Positions 44,952 through 45,263 of a DNA stretch of 45,263 bases are shown one piece after another (position 1 is the first letter of the stretch; the number at the start of each line of letters is the position of its first letter). Under the pieces are notes generated by a model. It was not told the DNA's origin and ran no database searches. It was given only the letters and a program-made list of their open reading frames with translations. A program made the translations under genes and the position numbers. Source of the stretch: Candidatus Bathyarchaeota archaeon (GTDB lineage: Archaea > Thermoproteota > Bathyarchaeia > Bathyarchaeales > Bathyarchaeaceae); assembly GCA_050115935.1 (NCBI GenBank), contig JASFPO010000002.1:1-45263 (forward strand), written 5' to 3'.

Positions 44952-45263
44952 ATGTGCACAATAGTTACTATGGCAAAAAATGGTATTGTATTAGCGGGAA
45001 ATAATGAAGACTACACTGAACCTAGAACCAAGATCTGGTTTATCCCAGCATCGAAAGAAGGTTACGGTCGAGTCTATGTTGGGTTCGACTCTGCATCTCT
45101 GCCTGACAGCTTTCAAGGCGGAATGAACGAACATGGATTGTTCATGGACATGAACGCCGTCAATCCCACAGGATGGCAGAGAGACTCAGGTAAACCCACT
45201 TTCAATGGAGACCTTGTGGAAAAGATCCTAACAGATTTCGCAACGGTGCAAGAGGCTGTAGAA
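44952..45263 (+). CDS. N-terminal-nucleophile (Cys) hydrolase, choloylglycine-hydrolase/linear-amide hydrolase-like (3' end outside window)
   Basis: The frame is open from ATG 44952 to the window end. MCTIVTMAKNGIVLAGNNEDY... has Cys2 as the putative Ntn nucleophile and an N-x-D motif as in the family. AGGAG lies 10 nt upstream. It is not in the ORF track because no stop is reached. Confidence 0.5.
   Translation, partial: MCTIVTMAKNGIVLAGNNEDYTEPRTKIWFIPASKEGYGRVYVGFDSASLPDSFQGGMNEHGLFMDMNAVNPTGWQRDSGKPTFNGDLVEKILTDFATVQEAVE

Overview
Archaeal chromosomal segment. The assignment rests on an archaeal-type proteasome beta subunit, NMN adenylyltransferase, PGK, AMMECR1, a 23S rRNA and an RNase P RNA. 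Coding DNA is AT-leaning and the stable RNA genes are visibly GC-richer. Layout: (i) 1-13.8 kb is a housekeeping/accessory mix: two tandem saccharopine-dehydrogenase-family genes, a nitroreductase, an AAA+::vWA fusion, a non-Pyl MttB-family methyltransferase, nadM, ogt, psmB, AMMECR1, nadC and a GcvH-like gene. (ii) 14.0-34.2 kb is a ~20-kb heterodisulfide-reductase (Hdr)/Flx-type electron-bifurcation supercluster. Twelve co-directional minus-strand genes include three tandem units of [double-HdrA (~1010 codons) + MvhD]. Two of the MvhD genes carry a C-terminal winged-helix-like extension, and the third double-HdrA is interrupted by one in-frame TAG directly followed by ATG. The cluster also holds FlxABC-like, HdrC::GltD-like and FrhB-like input modules, a separate hdrCB pair, an embedded CoADR/NSR-like flavoprotein and GcvH-like lipoyl carriers. 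(iii) 34.5-36.8 kb carries a bacterial-type (class I) GAPDH next to an archaeal PGK. (iv) 37.17-40.23 kb is a stand-alone 23S rRNA gene with its own flanking processing stem and no 16S, 5S or spacer tRNA. It is followed at 40434-40748 by an RNase P RNA gene that the ORF track hides under spurious ORFs. (v) 40.8-44.9 kb is a cassette-like accessory region. Small unrelated genes are partitioned by nested direct repeats (families A and B) and by (CG)n palindromes that are almost absent from the rest of the window. The two most interesting items are the triplicated double-HdrA/MvhD supercluster with its lipoyl-carrier and CoADR association, and the GCGCGC-bounded nested-repeat cassette region next to the stable RNA genes. 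All functional calls come from motif recognition by eye; no database search was possible.
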